This document shows positions 17,899 to 28,535 of a stretch of 64,000 nucleotides of DNA, piece by piece. The stretch's first letter is position 1. Each line of letters opens with the position of its first letter. The stretch is from an uncultured delta proteobacterium (GTDB taxonomy: Bacteria > Desulfobacterota > Binatia > UBA9968). Below the pieces are notes generated by a model, which searched no databases, was not told the origin of the DNA, and worked only from the letters and a program-made list of their open reading frames with translations. The position numbers were made by a program, and so were the translations under genes. Where the stretch lies: positions 224,001 to 288,000 of the forward strand of contig CAWJBB010000040.1 in assembly GCA_963840855.1 (NCBI GenBank), read 5' to 3'.

Positions 17899-19995
17899 TC
17901 AGTGCTCCTGTTGTTCAGCGCTCTTACGCGCCTGGGCGTCCTTAATTACTTTTTCCGCCAAATGACTGGGTAACTCTTCATAATGCGAAAACTCCAGATG
18001 AAACTCACCGCGGCCGCTGGTGAGCGCGCGGAGATCCGGGGCGTATTTTAACACTTCGGACATGGGCACCTTGGACTTGATTATCTGACTATGCCCTTTG
18101 GTGTCCATACCCAGGACTTTGCCGCGCCGGCTGTTCAGATCGCCGATGACGTCGCCCATGCATTCATCCGGCACCGTTACGTCCATGTTCATGATCGGCT
18201 CGAGGATCACTGGCTTCGCCTTCTCCACGGCATTCTTGAATCCAAGGGATGCGGCGATCTTGAAAGCCATGTCCGAGGAGTCCACGTCGTGATAGGAACC
18301 GTCATAGAGCGTCACGCGCAGATCCACCATGGGATAACCGGCGAGATAACCGCCGGTCATCGCCTCTCTGATTCCCTTTTCCACCGCCGGAATATAATTG
18401 CGCGGAATCGCGCCGCCGACGATCTCGTCGACAAACTCGAACCCTGCACCATGGGGCAGGGGCTCGACCCTGAGCCAGGTGTCGCCGAACTGGCCGCGCC
18501 CACCGGTCTGTTTCTTGAGTCGTCCCTGGGCGCTGGCTTTTCCCCGGATGGTTTCCTTGTACGGCACCTTGGGCGCCTTGAGCACGACGTCGGCGCCATA
18601 TTTGCGCTTTAACTTTTCAACGATGATCTCGATATGCTGCTGCCCCATGCCCGACAGGATAAAGTCCCGGGTTTCCTCGTCCCGGTGCACTTCGATGGTC
18701 AGGTCTTCCTCCATCATGCGATGGAGCCCCTGCGGCACTTTCTCTTCATCGACTTTGCTCTTGGGCTCGAGGGCGAAAGAAATCACCGGCGAAAAGTGCG
18801 GCGGGCCCGCGTACTGGATAGGCGCCTTTTCGTCGCACAAAGTATCACCCGTGGTTATGTCCTTGAGCTTGGCCGCCGCAACGATATCGCCCACTGAGAC
18901 ATCTTTGGCCGGTTCCTGTTTCTTCCCCTCCAGACGGAACATGTGGGCGATCTTTTCTTTGCTTTGTTTGTTCGAATTGTAACAAGCGCCGTCGTGGTTA
19001 AGCGTTCCCGACATGACGCGCATCACCGATAACTTGCCGGCGAAGGGGTCGCTAATGGTTTTAAACACGTAGGCGGAAAACGGCGCGCTCGGGTCCGGCT
19101 TGCGTTTTTCCGCTTCGCCGCTGGAGGGATTTTTGCCTTCAGGTTCGCCTTCGTCGATGGGGGAGGGCAAATAATCGGCAACCGCGTCCAGCAATCGGTC
19201 AATTCCGATTTGGCGGGTTGACGAGCCAAAGAGGATCGGAAAAACCTGGCGCTCCAAGGTGGCCTTGCGCAGCGCCCGCTTCAGCTCATCCAGCGAAAGC
19301 TCCTGGCCGTCCAAATATTTTTCCAAAAGCGCGTCATCGGTCTCCGAGACCGTTTCTATGAGCTCGAGGCGCATTGTTTCCGCCGTCTCTTTAAGATCGG
19401 CCGGGATTTCCGCTTCCGAGGATTTGCCGGTGTCACCTTCATAGAGATACGCCTTCATGGAGAGCAGATCGACGACGCCTTTAAACTCAGCTTCGGCGCC
19501 GATGGGTAGCTGGAGACATAATCCCTTGGCCTCTAAGGTCTCGAGCAAGCTTTTGACACGCTCGTGGGCGTCGGCCGGCTCGTGGTCCATTTTGTTGACG
19601 AAAAAAACCCGGCTAATCCGCTGCTCGTTGGCCTCGATCCATAAGCGCTCCGACTCGACCCGGAGACCGACCATGGGATTGAGCACGAAGACGGCGCCGC
19701 CGAATGCGCGCAGGCAGTTGATCGAATCCGCCAGAAACGCCGCGTAGCCCGGCGTATCCACCAGGGTCATGGGATGCTTTGTCCAGTTCAAGGAATGAAA
19801 TGCGGTGGAAATCGAAACATGATGCTTGACCTCCTCCGGTTCATGATCAAACACCGACGTGCCGTCCAGAACCCGCCCGAGCCGCTGGGTCGCTCCCGCC
19901 GTGAACAGCATCGCTTCGCCGAGCGAGGTTTTTCCCGAACCGCCCTGGCCCAAAATGCCGACATTACGAAGTTTCTCCAGTTCCGCTATTGCCAT
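17899..19995 (-). CDS. fusA: Elongation factor G (EF-G2-like paralog outside the str operon)
   Basis: RNVGILGQGGSGKTS, DTPG, NKMD, GSYHDVDSS. Confidence 0.93.
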   Translation of the reverse strand: MAIAELEKLRNVGILGQGGSGKTSLGEAMLFTAGATQRLGRVLDGTSVFDHEPEEVKHHVSISTAFHSLNWTKHPMTLVDTPGYAAFLADSINCLRAFGGAVFVLNPMVGLRVESERLWIEANEQRISRVFFVNKMDHEPADAHERVKSLLETLEAKGLCLQLPIGAEAEFKGVVDLLSMKAYLYEGDTGKSSEAEIPADLKETAETMRLELIETVSETDDALLEKYLDGQELSLDELKRALRKATLERQVFPILFGSSTRQIGIDRLLDAVADYLPSPIDEGEPEGKNPSSGEAEKRKPDPSAPFSAYVFKTISDPFAGKLSVMRVMSGTLNHDGACYNSNKQSKEKIAHMFRLEGKKQEPAKDVSVGDIVAAAKLKDITTGDTLCDEKAPIQYAGPPHFSPVISFALEPKSKVDEEKVPQGLHRMMEEDLTIEVHRDEETRDFILSGMGQQHIEIIVEKLKRKYGADVVLKAPKVPYKETIRGKASAQGRLKKQTGGRGQFGDTWLRVEPLPHGAGFEFVDEIVGGAIPRNYIPAVEKGIREAMTGGYLAGYPMVDLRVTLYDGSYHDVDSSDMAFKIAASLGFKNAVEKAKPVILEPIMNMDVTVPDECMGDVIGDLNSRRGKVLGMDTKGHSQIIKSKVPMSEVLKYAPDLRALTSGRGEFHLEFSHYEELPSHLAEKVIKDAQARKSAEQQEH

Positions 19996-20019
19996 GACTT
20001 TGGCGTCCTTCCGATGAAA

Positions 20020-20814
20020 TTATTTTTGCGCCCTGGCTTGCACTTCTCGCAACACGTTGCGTTCATAAATGATTCTCAGCCCGTCGAGAGTCAAAAAATC
20101 GTCCACCTCACTGATCGTCGAACACGCGGAGGCGATCAACGAGGCCAGACCGCCCGTGGCCACCACCTTGGACGGCATGCCATGTTCGATCTGCATGCGA
20201 CGAACGATGCCATCCACCAAGCCGGCGTAACCAAAAAAGATGCCCGCTTGAATCGAGCTTACAGTGTTTTTACCGATCACCTCTTTAGGCTTTATGACTT
20301 CGATCCGGGGCAATTTGGCAGCCCGCTCTACCAGCGCCTCGAGTGCAATTGAAAGACCTGGCGCGATGGCGCCGCCGATATACTCGCCTTTCTTGGAAAT
20401 AAGATCGATGGTCGTGGCGGTGCCGAAATCTACGATGATGCAGGTGTCATGGTATTTTTCATAGGCGGCGACGCCGTTGACGATGCGGTCCGCGCCGACA
20501 TCCTTCGGGCTTTCATACAGGATCGGCATTCCGGTCTTGATCCCCGGCCCGACGATCAGCGGGTCGAGTTTGAAAAACTTTCGCGCTAACTCCTGGGTCG
20601 TCGTGAGCATGGGCGGCACCACGCAGGAAGCTACGATGGCGCTAATTTGCTCGCAGCGGAACTCCTCGGTGGCGATGAGTTGCGCGATCAACACGCCGTA
20701 TTCGTCGGCGGTGCGTTCAGATTGCGTGGCTAGGCGCCAATGGGTAATTAGCTTTTTACCCCGGTAAAGGCCCAGAACGATGTTGGTGTTGCCGATGTCG
20801 ATGGCCAAAAGCAT
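20020..20814 (-). CDS. coaX: Type III pantothenate kinase
   Basis: LAIDIGNT, VGADR, VDFGTATT, VVATGG. Confidence 0.95.
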   Translation of the reverse strand: MLLAIDIGNTNIVLGLYRGKKLITHWRLATQSERTADEYGVLIAQLIATEEFRCEQISAIVASCVVPPMLTTTQELARKFFKLDPLIVGPGIKTGMPILYESPKDVGADRIVNGVAAYEKYHDTCIIVDFGTATTIDLISKKGEYIGGAIAPGLSIALEALVERAAKLPRIEVIKPKEVIGKNTVSSIQAGIFFGYAGLVDGIVRRMQIEHGMPSKVVATGGLASLIASACSTISEVDDFLTLDGLRIIYERNVLREVQARAQK

Positions 20815-20825
20815 TTTAGTTATCT

Positions 20826-21665
20826 TCACTCTTCAATGGGAATCACATCGCCGGCGACGATTCGCTGGCGCCCGCCGTCGGGCGACTCGATAATTAGAGC
20901 CCCGTCCGCGTCGATGCCGATGGCGCGGCCAATGATGGTCCGGTCCGTCATCGCGACGCGCACGCGCCGCCCGCGCAAGCCGAAGCGGGCGTCCCACCGG
21001 GACGCGAGTGCCGCGAATCCCGTTTCTTCGAGAATTCCATAGCACCTGTCAAGGTCTTGAAGCAATCGCCGCAAGAAGCCCTCCCGGCTGACGCTCTTTC
21101 CCGCCAGAGCGGACAACGAAGTGGCGCGCTCACGAATCTCCGGGGGCATCGAGTCAAGCGGAAAATTGAGATTGACTCCGATGCCGAGAACGACGAACTC
21201 GACCCGTTGAGAATTCGACACCGCTTCCGCCAGCACCCCGGCCAGTTTTTTGTCCCCGGCCAATATATCGTTGGGCCATTTGATTACCGGCGCCACCGGG
21301 CTAAAACTTTCGATGGCGTCCGCCAAAGCCACCGCGGCGGTCAAAGTGATCCGCGGCGTATGGGCCGGCGGCAAAGTGGGACGGAGAATGATCGAGCAAT
21401 ACAGATTGACATAGGGCGGCGATACCCAACGCCGCCCCAGACGACCCCGGCCCAGGGTCTGCCGCTCGGCGATTACGATCGCGCCTTGGGGTTCGCCGCG
21501 TTCGGCCAGCGCTCGCGCATGGTTATTCGTCGAGTCGATTTCGCGGAAATAATAGAACCGGGTTCCCAGGCGCCTGAGGGCGAGGCCAGCTTCGACGTCG
21601 CGGATGCGAAGCCGGCGCGCCTCCGCCGCTACAGCGCAACTATGGTTATGGTCACGCGGCAACAT
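20826..21665 (-). CDS. birA: Biotin--[acetyl-CoA carboxylase] ligase (start uncertain, no HTH seen)
   Basis: DSTN, QTLGRGRLGRRW, KWPND, KKLAGVL. Confidence 0.92.
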   Translation of the reverse strand: MLPRDHNHSCAVAAEARRLRIRDVEAGLALRRLGTRFYYFREIDSTNNHARALAERGEPQGAIVIAERQTLGRGRLGRRWVSPPYVNLYCSIILRPTLPPAHTPRITLTAAVALADAIESFSPVAPVIKWPNDILAGDKKLAGVLAEAVSNSQRVEFVVLGIGVNLNFPLDSMPPEIRERATSLSALAGKSVSREGFLRRLLQDLDRCYGILEETGFAALASRWDARFGLRGRRVRVAMTDRTIIGRAIGIDADGALIIESPDGGRQRIVAGDVIPIEE

Positions 21666-22506
21666 TCAGGGTTATTTTCATGTTGAAATCCACCACCGGC
21701 GCGGAATGGGTGAGCGCTCCCGACGAAATGAAATCGACGCCGGTCTCGGCGACCTGCCGGATCGTTTCCAGTGTGATGCCGCCCGATGCCTCCAACCAGG
21801 CCCGTTTGTTGACCAGACGCACCGCCTCGGCCATCTGCGCGATGGACATATTGTCGAGCATGATGACATCCGCGCCGGCATCGACGGCCTCTTGGACTTG
21901 CTTAAAGTTGCCGGCTTCCACTTCGACCTTGGCCATGAACGGCGCATGGCGTCTTACCGCCTTGACGGCTTCGGCGATGGACCCGGTGGCCTCGATATGA
22001 TTATCCTTCACCAGCGCCGCATCATAGAGGCCGATGCGGTGATTCATGCCGCCACCCATGCGTACGGCGTATTTTTCCAAGGTGCGCAGCCCTGGCGTGG
22101 TCTTCCTCGTATCGAGCACCTTGCAGGGAAATCCTTTGATCGCTTCGACGTACTTGCGCGTGAGCGTGGCCGTGCCGGAGAGCCGCTGCAAAAAATTGAG
22201 GGCGGTGCGTTCCGCCAACAACAACGCGCGCACCGGGCCCACGGCTTCCGCCGCCACCATCCCCGACTTAACCGCGTCGCCGTCCCTGGTCAAAAGACGA
22301 ACTTCGACTCTGGGGTCGATAAAATAAAAGATGCGGTCGAGCAGCACCAGCCCCGCCACCACGCCGTCTTTTTTTGCGCGAAACAGCCCCTTGCCTTGGG
22401 TGTCCGCGGCAATCGTCGCCATGGTGGCGAGATCGCCGGGACCGATATCTTCATCCAGCGAGTCGCGAATCAATCGCTCGATCTGCGGCGTAACGAGAAT
22501 ATCCAT
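21652..22506 (-). CDS. nadC: Quinolinate phosphoribosyltransferase
   Basis: ERTALNFLQRLSG, DTRKTTPG, VKDNH, EASGG. Confidence 0.96.
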   Translation of the reverse strand: MDILVTPQIERLIRDSLDEDIGPGDLATMATIAADTQGKGLFRAKKDGVVAGLVLLDRIFYFIDPRVEVRLLTRDGDAVKSGMVAAEAVGPVRALLLAERTALNFLQRLSGTATLTRKYVEAIKGFPCKVLDTRKTTPGLRTLEKYAVRMGGGMNHRIGLYDAALVKDNHIEATGSIAEAVKAVRRHAPFMAKVEVEAGNFKQVQEAVDAGADVIMLDNMSIAQMAEAVRLVNKRAWLEASGGITLETIRQVAETGVDFISSGALTHSAPVVDFNMKITLNVAA

Positions 22507-22511
22507 GATCC

Positions 22512-25265
22512 TCAGTGCCTCCCTGCCTTGAGTTCTTCAATGCGCGCGATGCTAAGATTGAGCGCGCGCAGCTTATCTTCAAACTGCAGCGCCTTCTCCC
22601 GTTCTTTTTGCACGATCTCTTCCTTGGCCTTGCTGAGAAAATCGCCGTTGCCAAGCTTTTTCTGCACCCGCGCCAGCTCATCGGTAATCTTGCGCGCCTC
22701 TTTATTAAGCCGGACATGTTCTTCATCGAGGTTGAGCAAATCGTCCAGGGGAAGATAAATCTCCGTGGCCCCAACGATGGCGGTAGCCGCGCCTTTGGGG
22801 CGATCTTCGCCCGCGAAATAGTCCGCCGCGCCCACGCGGGCAAGCAGGCGCAGATACGCGGCATGCTCTCGAAGCATCGCGAGATCGCGCTCTGCCCCAT
22901 GGAAAATCACTTTAACTTCTTTGCCCGGCGGGCAGTTAAGCTCGGTGCGGAGATTTCTTACGGCGCGAATCACGCCCATGAGAAACTCCATGTCGCTCTC
23001 GGCCGCCGTATCGCGCCAGGACTCGGCGGCGCGCGGGTACGCTTCGAGCATGATCGTTTTGCCCCTGCCGGCCAAAACCTGCCAGATCTCTTCCGTAACG
23101 AAGGGCATGATCGGATGGAGCAAGAGAAGAATCTGTTCCAGCAACTCCACGAGCAGCTGCCGGATGCGCGCGCCATCTTCCCCGGGCGCGCCGCTCAGCG
23201 CCAGCTTGCTCATCTCGATATACCAGTCACAGAACTCATGCCAGGTAAACTGATAAAGCACGTTGGCGAAGTCGTTAAAGCGATAAGCTTCGAGGGCGCC
23301 GCGGGCTTCAGTAATGGCCGCAGCTAAACGCGAACGAATCCAGCGTTCGGCGAAGCTTAACGTCGCCGCGCCGAGGACCGAGGGCTTGCCGGCAAAGTCG
23401 GCGGCGCCGCGCGGCGCGTTCATCAATACGAAACGCGCCGCGTTCCAGAGCTTGTTGACAAAATTTTGATAGCCGGCGATGCGCTCTGGAGCGAGCTTGA
23501 TGTCGCGCCCCATGGCCGCCATAGCGGCCAGGGTAAAGCGAAAAGCATCCGTGCCGTACTCGGCCATGATATCAAGGGGATCGATGACGTTGCCCCTGGA
23601 CTTGGACATTTTCTGGCCAAACTCATCGCGCACCAGGGCGTGAATGTAAACATCACGAAAGGGCACGTCGTCCATGAACTTGAGCCCCATCATGATCATG
23701 CGCGCAACCCAGAAAAAGAGAATATCGAAGCCGGTGACCAGAGTAGACGTTGGATAAAAGCCCTTGAGGTCCTCCGTACGCTCAGGCCAACCCAAGGTGG
23801 AGAAAGGCCAGAGGCCCGAAGAGAACCAGGTGTCGAGCACGTCGGGGTCCTGGATCAATTCGGCGCCGCCGCAGCGCGGGCAATGGCTTGGCGTCTCCCG
23901 CCCGACGATGGGTTTGGCGTCTTTGTTCAAGAGATAATCGCCGCCGCCCGTCTTCAAGATATTCGCGCCGTCACAGCCCTTGCAGTACCAGGCGGGAATC
24001 TGATGACCCCACCAGATCTGCCGGGAGATGCACCAGTCCTTGATGTTTTCCATCCAGGCGAAATAGGAGTTGCTCCAGCCTTCGGGAATTATGCGAATAC
24101 TGCCGTCGCGCACCGCTGCCATTGCAGGTCCGGCCAGTGGCTTGATGTCGACGAACCACTGGGGCGTCAGATAGGGCTCGATCAGTGTCTGGCAGCGGTA
24201 ACAGTGGCCGATGGCATGGCGCTGCGCTTCGACCTTTTCCAGAAAGCCCTGTTCTTGTAGTTCAGCGACCACGAGCCTGCGCGCTTCAAAGCGGTCTTTG
24301 CCGCGGTAGCGCTCGATCCAGGCGCCATTTTCACCGCGGGCGGAAAAGTCCGCGGCGTCGATCCGCGCATCGGCATCGAAGATGGCGATCTTGTCGAGAC
24401 CGTGCCGTTCGCCGATTTCATAATCGTTGAAGTCGTGGCCCGGGGTGATCTTGAGCACGCCGGTGCCGAATTCCTTATCGACGTAAGCATCGGTGATCAG
24501 CGGAACCACCCGGTCGGTGATCGGCAGCCGGATCTTTTTCCCGTGCAACGCCCGGTAGCGGTTATCCTCCGGATGCACGGCCACCGCAGTGTCGCCCAGC
24601 ATGGTCTCCGGACGCGTGGTGGCAACGATCAAATGACGCGCCGGATCGTCCGCCAGGGGATAGCGGATATACCATAGATTACCGTCGCGCTCTTCGTGCA
24701 CCACTTCGATATCGGCGAGGGCAGTCTTGCAGCGCGGGCACCAGTTGATCAGCCGCTCGGCCCGGTACAAGAGCTTGTCCTCCCAAAGCCGGACAAAAGC
24801 CTCGCGCACCGCCCGCGACAGTCCTTCATCCATGGTGAAGCGCTCATGCCGCCAATCACAGGACACGCCGAGGGCTTTTAACTGATGCAGGATCGTGTCG
24901 CCCGCCTCCGCCTTCCATTGCCAAACCCGTTCGACAAATTTTTCCCGTCCCAATTGCGCGCGGGTAAGGCCGCGCTCGGCGAGCTGGCGCTCGACGACAT
25001 TTTGCGTGGCGATGCCGGCATGGTCTGTGCCAGGCACCCAGAGGACGCGAGAACCGTCCATTCGCTTGAACCGGCAAAGGACGTCCTGGAGCGTGTTGTT
25101 CAGCGCATGGCCCATGTGCAGTGAACCCGTCACGTTGGGCGGCGGGATGACGATGGAATAATACGGCGCCGCCCCGGGGGCCGGCTCGAAGGCGCCGCTA
25201 TCTAGCCAATACTTATACCACTTCGCTTCGATGTCCCTGTGGTTATAGGACTTTGGGAGTTCCAT
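22512..25265 (-). CDS. valS: Valine--tRNA ligase
   Basis: PPPNVTGSLHMGH, KMSKS, C-terminal coiled coil. Confidence 0.97.
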   Translation of the reverse strand: MELPKSYNHRDIEAKWYKYWLDSGAFEPAPGAAPYYSIVIPPPNVTGSLHMGHALNNTLQDVLCRFKRMDGSRVLWVPGTDHAGIATQNVVERQLAERGLTRAQLGREKFVERVWQWKAEAGDTILHQLKALGVSCDWRHERFTMDEGLSRAVREAFVRLWEDKLLYRAERLINWCPRCKTALADIEVVHEERDGNLWYIRYPLADDPARHLIVATTRPETMLGDTAVAVHPEDNRYRALHGKKIRLPITDRVVPLITDAYVDKEFGTGVLKITPGHDFNDYEIGERHGLDKIAIFDADARIDAADFSARGENGAWIERYRGKDRFEARRLVVAELQEQGFLEKVEAQRHAIGHCYRCQTLIEPYLTPQWFVDIKPLAGPAMAAVRDGSIRIIPEGWSNSYFAWMENIKDWCISRQIWWGHQIPAWYCKGCDGANILKTGGGDYLLNKDAKPIVGRETPSHCPRCGGAELIQDPDVLDTWFSSGLWPFSTLGWPERTEDLKGFYPTSTLVTGFDILFFWVARMIMMGLKFMDDVPFRDVYIHALVRDEFGQKMSKSRGNVIDPLDIMAEYGTDAFRFTLAAMAAMGRDIKLAPERIAGYQNFVNKLWNAARFVLMNAPRGAADFAGKPSVLGAATLSFAERWIRSRLAAAITEARGALEAYRFNDFANVLYQFTWHEFCDWYIEMSKLALSGAPGEDGARIRQLLVELLEQILLLLHPIMPFVTEEIWQVLAGRGKTIMLEAYPRAAESWRDTAAESDMEFLMGVIRAVRNLRTELNCPPGKEVKVIFHGAERDLAMLREHAAYLRLLARVGAADYFAGEDRPKGAATAIVGATEIYLPLDDLLNLDEEHVRLNKEARKITDELARVQKKLGNGDFLSKAKEEIVQKEREKALQFEDKLRALNLSIARIEELKAGRH

Positions 25266-25271
25266 CGGGTA

Positions 25272-25757
25272 CTACTTTTTTTTCTTCTCGCCCTTGCTTT
25301 GCTTGCCTGAGGACAATGGTTCGACGACATCGACGAGCTCGATGACGTTTCGCTCTTTCGCGGCCGCCGCGGCGGCGTTCTCCCCAGCTGCGTCTCCATC
25401 TCTGCCGGCCGCCGGCTCTAAATCTTGTCCCAGGCACTGCGCCAAAGCGGCGCGGATAGCTTTTCGCGAAACCGGCCGTTTGACGATCACCAGCTTGTCC
25501 CGCTTGGGCGGCTGAGGCGGGTCGCCATCGACCCATATGATCGGCGCTTTCCACGTCTCCATGGCGCGCAGCGTTTGCGCGGAGAGCGCGCTTGTCTCCC
25601 TCAGCGCCGCGGCGTCTACGATCACGGCCGCGAACTTCTGCAGCTCTCCGGCCTCGGGAATCGTCACTGACATCCGCGCTTCATGCTCGGGAAAAAGCGC
25701 GATGGCGGTGGCGTGTTGTAAAATTTTTCGCGGCTCAATGACTAAAATAGTGCTCAT
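25272..25757 (-). CDS. Hypothetical protein with degenerate receiver-like N-terminus
   Basis: MSTILVIEP..., VIVD, KRP; low-complexity tail; same strand and adjacent to valS. Confidence 0.6.
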   Translation of the reverse strand: MSTILVIEPRKILQHATAIALFPEHEARMSVTIPEAGELQKFAAVIVDAAALRETSALSAQTLRAMETWKAPIIWVDGDPPQPPKRDKLVIVKRPVSRKAIRAALAQCLGQDLEPAAGRDGDAAGENAAAAAAKERNVIELVDVVEPLSSGKQSKGEKKKK

Positions 25758-25837
25758 GGCTCAGTCCATCCTCGTTATCTTGACAACCTTCGCACCCCAA
25801 GCTACAAAAACTACCAGGACAGCGATTGGTCACAAGG

Positions 25838-25924
25838 GCGAAAGTGGCGGAACTGGTAGACGCGCAGGATTCAGGATCCTGTGGGGTAACACCCGTAGGG
25901 GTTCGACTCCCCTCTTTCGCACCA
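25838..25924 (+). tRNA. tRNA-Leu(CAG)
   Basis: Acceptor GCGAAAG/CTTTCGC, anticodon arm CAGGA-TTCAGGA-TCCTG, long variable arm, GTTCGA T-loop, encoded CCA. Confidence 0.96.
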
Positions 25925-26108
25925 GACAAAATTTACTTAGCATACAAGCCTGTCTTTCTCTAACATTCAACCCCTAGCGCTAGCTGATTGTGCGAGCTGC
26001 GCAAGCCGCGGCAGCGGGTACGCCGGACAAGCGGTAGATGGCGGAGAATGCGCAGTAAATTCGGTGGCGAACAATGTTCTCGCCGTCATTGGATCGGGGT
26101 GGGTTTTG

Positions 26109-26456
26109 GTGCAGCGAATACAAACAAATTTAGCCATCTTATTACTATGCGCGGCGCTGGTAATCAGCGCTTGTTCCGGAGATTCAGACAACTCTTCCGG
26201 CGCGGCAAAGGATCCGGATTGGCAACGCGGCCGGGCCGTCTACCTGGCGAACTGCGTTGCGTGCCACAATCTCGATCCCTCAAAAGACGGTCCCATCGGC
26301 CCCGCGCTGAAGGGATCATCCAGAGAGCTGATCGAGTACCGGGTGCTGCGCACGGAATATCCGCCGGGATACAAACCCAAGCGCAACACTAAATTGATGC
26401 CGACTTTTCCCTACCTGAAATCAGAAATTCCATACCTCGTGGCCTACCTGCGTTGA
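26109..26456 (+). CDS. Monoheme c-type cytochrome, probable lipoprotein (start uncertain)
   Basis: LVISAC lipobox, CVACH, GP.GPAL, distal MP. Confidence 0.85.
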   Translation: MQRIQTNLAILLLCAALVISACSGDSDNSSGAAKDPDWQRGRAVYLANCVACHNLDPSKDGPIGPALKGSSRELIEYRVLRTEYPPGYKPKRNTKLMPTFPYLKSEIPYLVAYLR

Positions 26457-26611
26457 AGCGAGATTAGGCCGAGTTTACAGCGCTTGGCTTGCTGACGGGG
26501 CACCTTGACCTGACTACTGAACTGTGACATTTTCGCGCTAGCTTTTTTGCGGCGCCCGGAGCCTATCTGATTCACGAAACAAAAATCAAAACAGCGAGAG
26601 CCGAGCCCATA

Positions 26612-27604
26612 TTGGCGTCGAAAACGCGGCGGAGAATTCCGCTGGGTACCAACCGGTGCGATCCATTTCAGTCCGTCGCTCGAGAGCTTGAGCTCGTGGA
26701 ACGGACCCTCTCCCGCGCGATTGGATCGCGGGAACAGAGCTTGACCGACATCGCGGCGCACTTGATCGATGGCGGCGGGAAACGAGTACGGCCGGCGGTA
26801 ACACTCCTGGCTCACCTAGGATTGGGCGGAAAAGGGTCCCAAGACATCGTCGATATTGCAACCGCCATCGAGCTGATCCATACCGCTACCTTGCTGCATG
26901 ATGATATCCTTGACGACGCGGAAACCCGCCGCGGCAAAGTGTCCGCATACAGAAAATTCGGCCTCAAACCGACTCTCGTAGCCGGCGATTTTCTTTTTAT
27001 CAAAGCGTTCGAGTTCGCCGGAAAATTCGACGAAACCGTGGTGCAGTGGACTGCAGATGCCTGCACGCTACTGACCGAAGGCGAAATCCTTCAGGGAATT
27101 TTCAACCGCAACCGCGCGGTGACGCTGGACGATTACGTGGAAATCGTAAAGCGCAAAACGGCGTCGCTTTTCCAAACCGGCTGCAAAGTCGGCGCCTATC
27201 TCGCCGGGGCAAAACCCGCCATCGTGGATGAAGCGGACAGTTATGGCCTTAACTTGGGGATCGCCTTTCAAATCGTCGACGATATTCTCGACGTGGTAGG
27301 GCACGCCACTCTGCTCGGTAAACCTACGGGCATGGATCTCCGCGATGGCAACCCGGCTCTGCCGATCATTCTGGCGCTTGAAGACAGTGTGGTGCGCGAA
27401 GCGTTTGAACAATCAAAGTCCGGAGAAGGCCGGATCGGCGAAGCCCTGGAGGCGATCAAGCGTGGCCCGGCCATCAGAAAGGCCAAGGAGTTATCGCGGC
27501 ACTACGCCGAAGAAGCTCTTGCGTCGCTAAAAAAACTGCCCGCATCCCCTTACCGTAACGGCCTCAAGACCCTGGTACAGCTCATCATCGACCGACGCTT
27601 TTAG
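26612..27604 (+). CDS. Polyprenyl diphosphate synthase (IspB/HepT-like)
   Basis: GGKRVRP, LHDDILD, RRG, FQIVDDILD, GKP.G.DLRDG. Confidence 0.93.
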   Translation: MASKTRRRIPLGTNRCDPFQSVARELELVERTLSRAIGSREQSLTDIAAHLIDGGGKRVRPAVTLLAHLGLGGKGSQDIVDIATAIELIHTATLLHDDILDDAETRRGKVSAYRKFGLKPTLVAGDFLFIKAFEFAGKFDETVVQWTADACTLLTEGEILQGIFNRNRAVTLDDYVEIVKRKTASLFQTGCKVGAYLAGAKPAIVDEADSYGLNLGIAFQIVDDILDVVGHATLLGKPTGMDLRDGNPALPIILALEDSVVREAFEQSKSGEGRIGEALEAIKRGPAIRKAKELSRHYAEEALASLKKLPASPYRNGLKTLVQLIIDRRF

Positions 27605-27674
27605 CTCGCACTATTCATGAACAGTGGAGAATCATGGCACGCCAGCAGTGCTGAGATCAGCCGCGCTTTATTGG

Positions 27675-27776
27675 GTTCAAGGTTCAAAGTCTACCCTGAG
27701 CTTGTCGAACGGGTTCAAAGTTCAAGTGCGGACTGGTGGGTCCGAAACTTTGAACCTTGAACCCGGAACTTTGAAC
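27675..27776. repeat. GTTCAA 7-nt-period hairpin element with nested REP-like palindrome
   Basis: GTTCAAG GTTCAAA GT [CTACCCTGAGCTTGTCGAACGG] GTTCAAA GTTCAAG...TTGAAC repeats. Confidence 0.85.
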
Positions 27777-27796
27777 CGTTTTACCACGGCAAACCC

Positions 27797-28531
27797 ATGA
27801 CTGCTTCCGACCAACCGCGCGATCGCGCCGTTCGCGGCATGTTCGATGACGTGGCGCCGCGTTACGACCTACTTAACCGGATCATCAGTTTCCGCCTCGA
27901 TGGCTACTGGCGCAAAGCAGCCGTTGCCGCGGTTCTGCGAGGCGGCGCCGGTTTGGTTTTGGATCTCGGCGCTGGAACCGGCGATCTCACCTTCACGGCC
28001 GCCCAAAGTGGCCGTGGCGGCACCCGCGTGATCGGTCTCGATTTCTCGCTTGAGATGCTGCGGCTCGCGCAGCGCAAGAAACAGCGCGCGGCGCGCGCTC
28101 GGGAGACCCAATTCGTTCAAGGCAGCGCTCTTTTCGCGCCATTTAGAGCCGGCGTTTTCGACGGCGTCATGTCCGCTTTCGTTTTGCGCAACGTTTCCGA
28201 TTTGCAGCTGTTTTTCACCGAGGCCCAGCGGGTTTTGAAACCAGGCGGGACGCTGGTGACCCTGGACATGTTTCCCCCGCCAAAAACCTGGTTCAGTCCG
28301 CTGTACGCCCTGTACTTTTACCGGTTGGTGCCGTGGATCGGTAAAATGTTGTCGCCCAACGGTCAGGCATACCGGTATCTCTCGCAGTCGGTTCGGCAAT
28401 TTCACTCCCCCGAGGCGATCGCCGGATTCATTGAAGGAGCGAGATTCGAGCCCGTGAAGCTGCGCAAATTTCTCAATGGCGCGGTATGTATGCACGTTGC
28501 GGAAAAACCTCGCGCCCGGGCTTCCGAATAA
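27797..28531 (+). CDS. ubiE: Ubiquinone/menaquinone C-methyltransferase (UbiE/MenG)
   Basis: MFDDVAPRYDLLNR, LDLGAGTGD, LRNV, AYRYL..S. Confidence 0.9.
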   Translation: MTASDQPRDRAVRGMFDDVAPRYDLLNRIISFRLDGYWRKAAVAAVLRGGAGLVLDLGAGTGDLTFTAAQSGRGGTRVIGLDFSLEMLRLAQRKKQRAARARETQFVQGSALFAPFRAGVFDGVMSAFVLRNVSDLQLFFTEAQRVLKPGGTLVTLDMFPPPKTWFSPLYALYFYRLVPWIGKMLSPNGQAYRYLSQSVRQFHSPEAIAGFIEGARFEPVKLRKFLNGAVCMHVAEKPRARASE

Positions 28532-28535
28532 TCCG

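Noticed and set aside
25838-25990. tRNA-Leu as an integration site
   Set aside because: No integrase or duplicated tRNA 3' end found; flanking genes look native.
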